From a virus, in IMG/VR virus record IMGVR_UViG_3300037423_001503: a stretch of DNA of 64,000 nt. One strand, given 5' to 3'. Position 1 is the first letter of the stretch. Every line of letters begins with the position of its first letter. Positions 62,728 through 64,000 of this stretch are shown here, piece after piece. The notes under the pieces were generated by a model. It saw nothing but the letters and a program-made list of their open reading frames with translations. It searched no databases and was not told where the DNA came from. The position numbers and the translations under genes are program-made.

Positions 62728-63177
62728 ATGGCTCGCATCTCAAAGCTCGCTAACCCAGACTTCGCAAAGGCCGTCGCCGAGGCATACGTGAACGGTATGT
62801 CTCGTGAAGAGATGGCTGATGAGTTCGCCTGCCATAAGGACACCATCACGATCTGGACACGTGACCCGCGCGTTCAGGCACACGTCTCTCGTCTCGCGCA
62901 GGAGCGCGTCAATCGCATCACGCGCAAGATTGATAAGGAGATCGAAGGCCGTCTCCAGGACGCAGAGGAGATGGACACCGAGGTCTTGCTGAAGATCCGC
63001 AAGGAGTTCCTCGGCAACGTCATCAAGCCAATCGAGGGTGCCGGCGCTGACCGTGCCGAGACCGTATCTGAGACCATCAAGGCTGTCGAGGAATCGCCGG
63101 ACCTTGCCGATGCGCTACAGCAGCTACTCCTGGGCGGCGGGCACAACGCTACGCGCGAGCCCAACGCGGACGAGTAA
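62728..63177 (+). CDS. terS: Putative terminase small subunit (N-terminal HTH)
   Basis: HTH (GMSREEMA..F..H..TI..W); directly upstream of terL. Confidence 0.65.
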   Translation: MARISKLANPDFAKAVAEAYVNGMSREEMADEFACHKDTITIWTRDPRVQAHVSRLAQERVNRITRKIDKEIEGRLQDAEEMDTEVLLKIRKEFLGNVIKPIEGAGADRAETVSETIKAVEESPDLADALQQLLLGGGHNATREPNADE

Positions 63178-63304
63178 TGCACTTCAAGAAGTGCTCAAGA
63201 TGTGATGATCATTACACGTTGACTGTCGGTCGGCTTGTTCTGGCAACCCGAACCATCAATGAGCGGCGGGCGTTCCTCATCGGCTCTAGGATGTTGATGT
63301 TCTA

Positions 63305-64000
63305 GTGATCTCTGACGAGGGCCGTCAGAACATCATCGACGCGCACAAGGAGCGCACCACCGATTCACGGCGCGAGAATGACGCGCGCATGGATCGTCTG
63401 CTCGCGCTGGCGCAGGCAGATCCGCAGGCTTTCCAGAGCCTTGTCCAGAAGGTCATGGGCAAGATGCTGGTCCCTCACTCCGAAGGCCAGAAGGAAGTAC
63501 TCACCGCTGAAGAACGCTTCCTCGTCCTTTGTGCAGGTCGCCGGTGGGGAAAGTCGCAAATCGGGGCGGCGAAGGCGCTTCGCACGGCTCGCAAGCCGCG
63601 CCAAATCGTATGGTGGGTCGCGCCGACCTACAAGGTCGTCAAGCGTGGCTACGAGGCCGTAGTCAAGCAGTGCCCGGACGAGCTTCTCCAGAAGCCCGCG
63701 CCGCCATCGTCTGGCTTTGACGCCGGCCGTGCGATTCGCTTGAACTTCAAGAACGGAACCATCATGGAGTTCTACTCCGCCGAGCGCCCAGAGGGCATGC
63801 TGGGCGGTAGCTGCGACTTCATGATTCTCGACGAGGCCGCGACGATGCCTGAGCACGTCTGGACTCAGATCATTCGAGCAACCCTTGCAGACCGCAAGGG
63901 CAAGGCATTGTTCATCTCCACTCCACGCGGTAAGAACTGGTTCTACCGCATGTGGATGAACGGCCAGGATCCCCAACAGCCGGAGTATCGCTCGTGGCGG
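63305..64000 (+). CDS. terL: Terminase large subunit, ATPase domain (runs off the window)
   Basis: PH..Q, AGRRWGKS, WVAPT, ILDEAA, FISTPRGKNWF; not in the supplied ORF track because it is open-ended. Confidence 0.9.
   Translation, partial: MISDEGRQNIIDAHKERTTDSRRENDARMDRLLALAQADPQAFQSLVQKVMGKMLVPHSEGQKEVLTAEERFLVLCAGRRWGKSQIGAAKALRTARKPRQIVWWVAPTYKVVKRGYEAVVKQCPDELLQKPAPPSSGFDAGRAIRLNFKNGTIMEFYSAERPEGMLGGSCDFMILDEAATMPEHVWTQIIRATLADRKGKALFISTPRGKNWFYRMWMNGQDPQQPEYRSWR

Noticed and set aside
1-64000. Diversity-generating retroelement, retron, integrase or rRNA
   Set aside because: No reverse transcriptase (YxDD), TR/VR pair, recombinase or rRNA-like sequence was recognised.

Overview
This window is 64 kb of a GC-rich tailed dsDNA phage genome. 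The host is probably an actinobacterium, inferred from the high GC content, TTGACA-N17-TANNNT promoters and leaderless starts. It holds about 170 tightly packed genes, nearly all on the + strand. Bases 1-31,000 are an early-type accessory region of small ORFs that includes an RNA ligase and an independently transcribed DGQHR/DndB (ParB-fold) gene. Bases 31,000-45,000 carry nucleotide and host-takeover enzymes: a metallophosphoesterase, an HD hydrolase, a nicotinamidase, a MazG-like protein and a NadR-type kinase. Bases 45,000-61,000 are the replication module: SNF2/HARP helicase, SSB-like protein, AEP primase, RepA-like helicase, dNMP kinase, family A DNA polymerase, RuvC-like resolvase and two free-standing endonucleases. 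The window ends in terS and the start of terL. The most striking unexplained signal is a polar 9-mer, GAGCTATCC. I found 20 exact copies, all on the + strand and all within 1.6-28 kb. Fifteen lie at gene junctions. Five lie inside genes, each as in-frame Glu-Leu-Ser using the rare CTA codon. The motif is tied to a family of conserved stem-loops and to a promoter-driven hairpin RNA whose loop (GGATAG) is complementary to the motif core. All annotations were made by eye from sequence motifs; no database searches were run.
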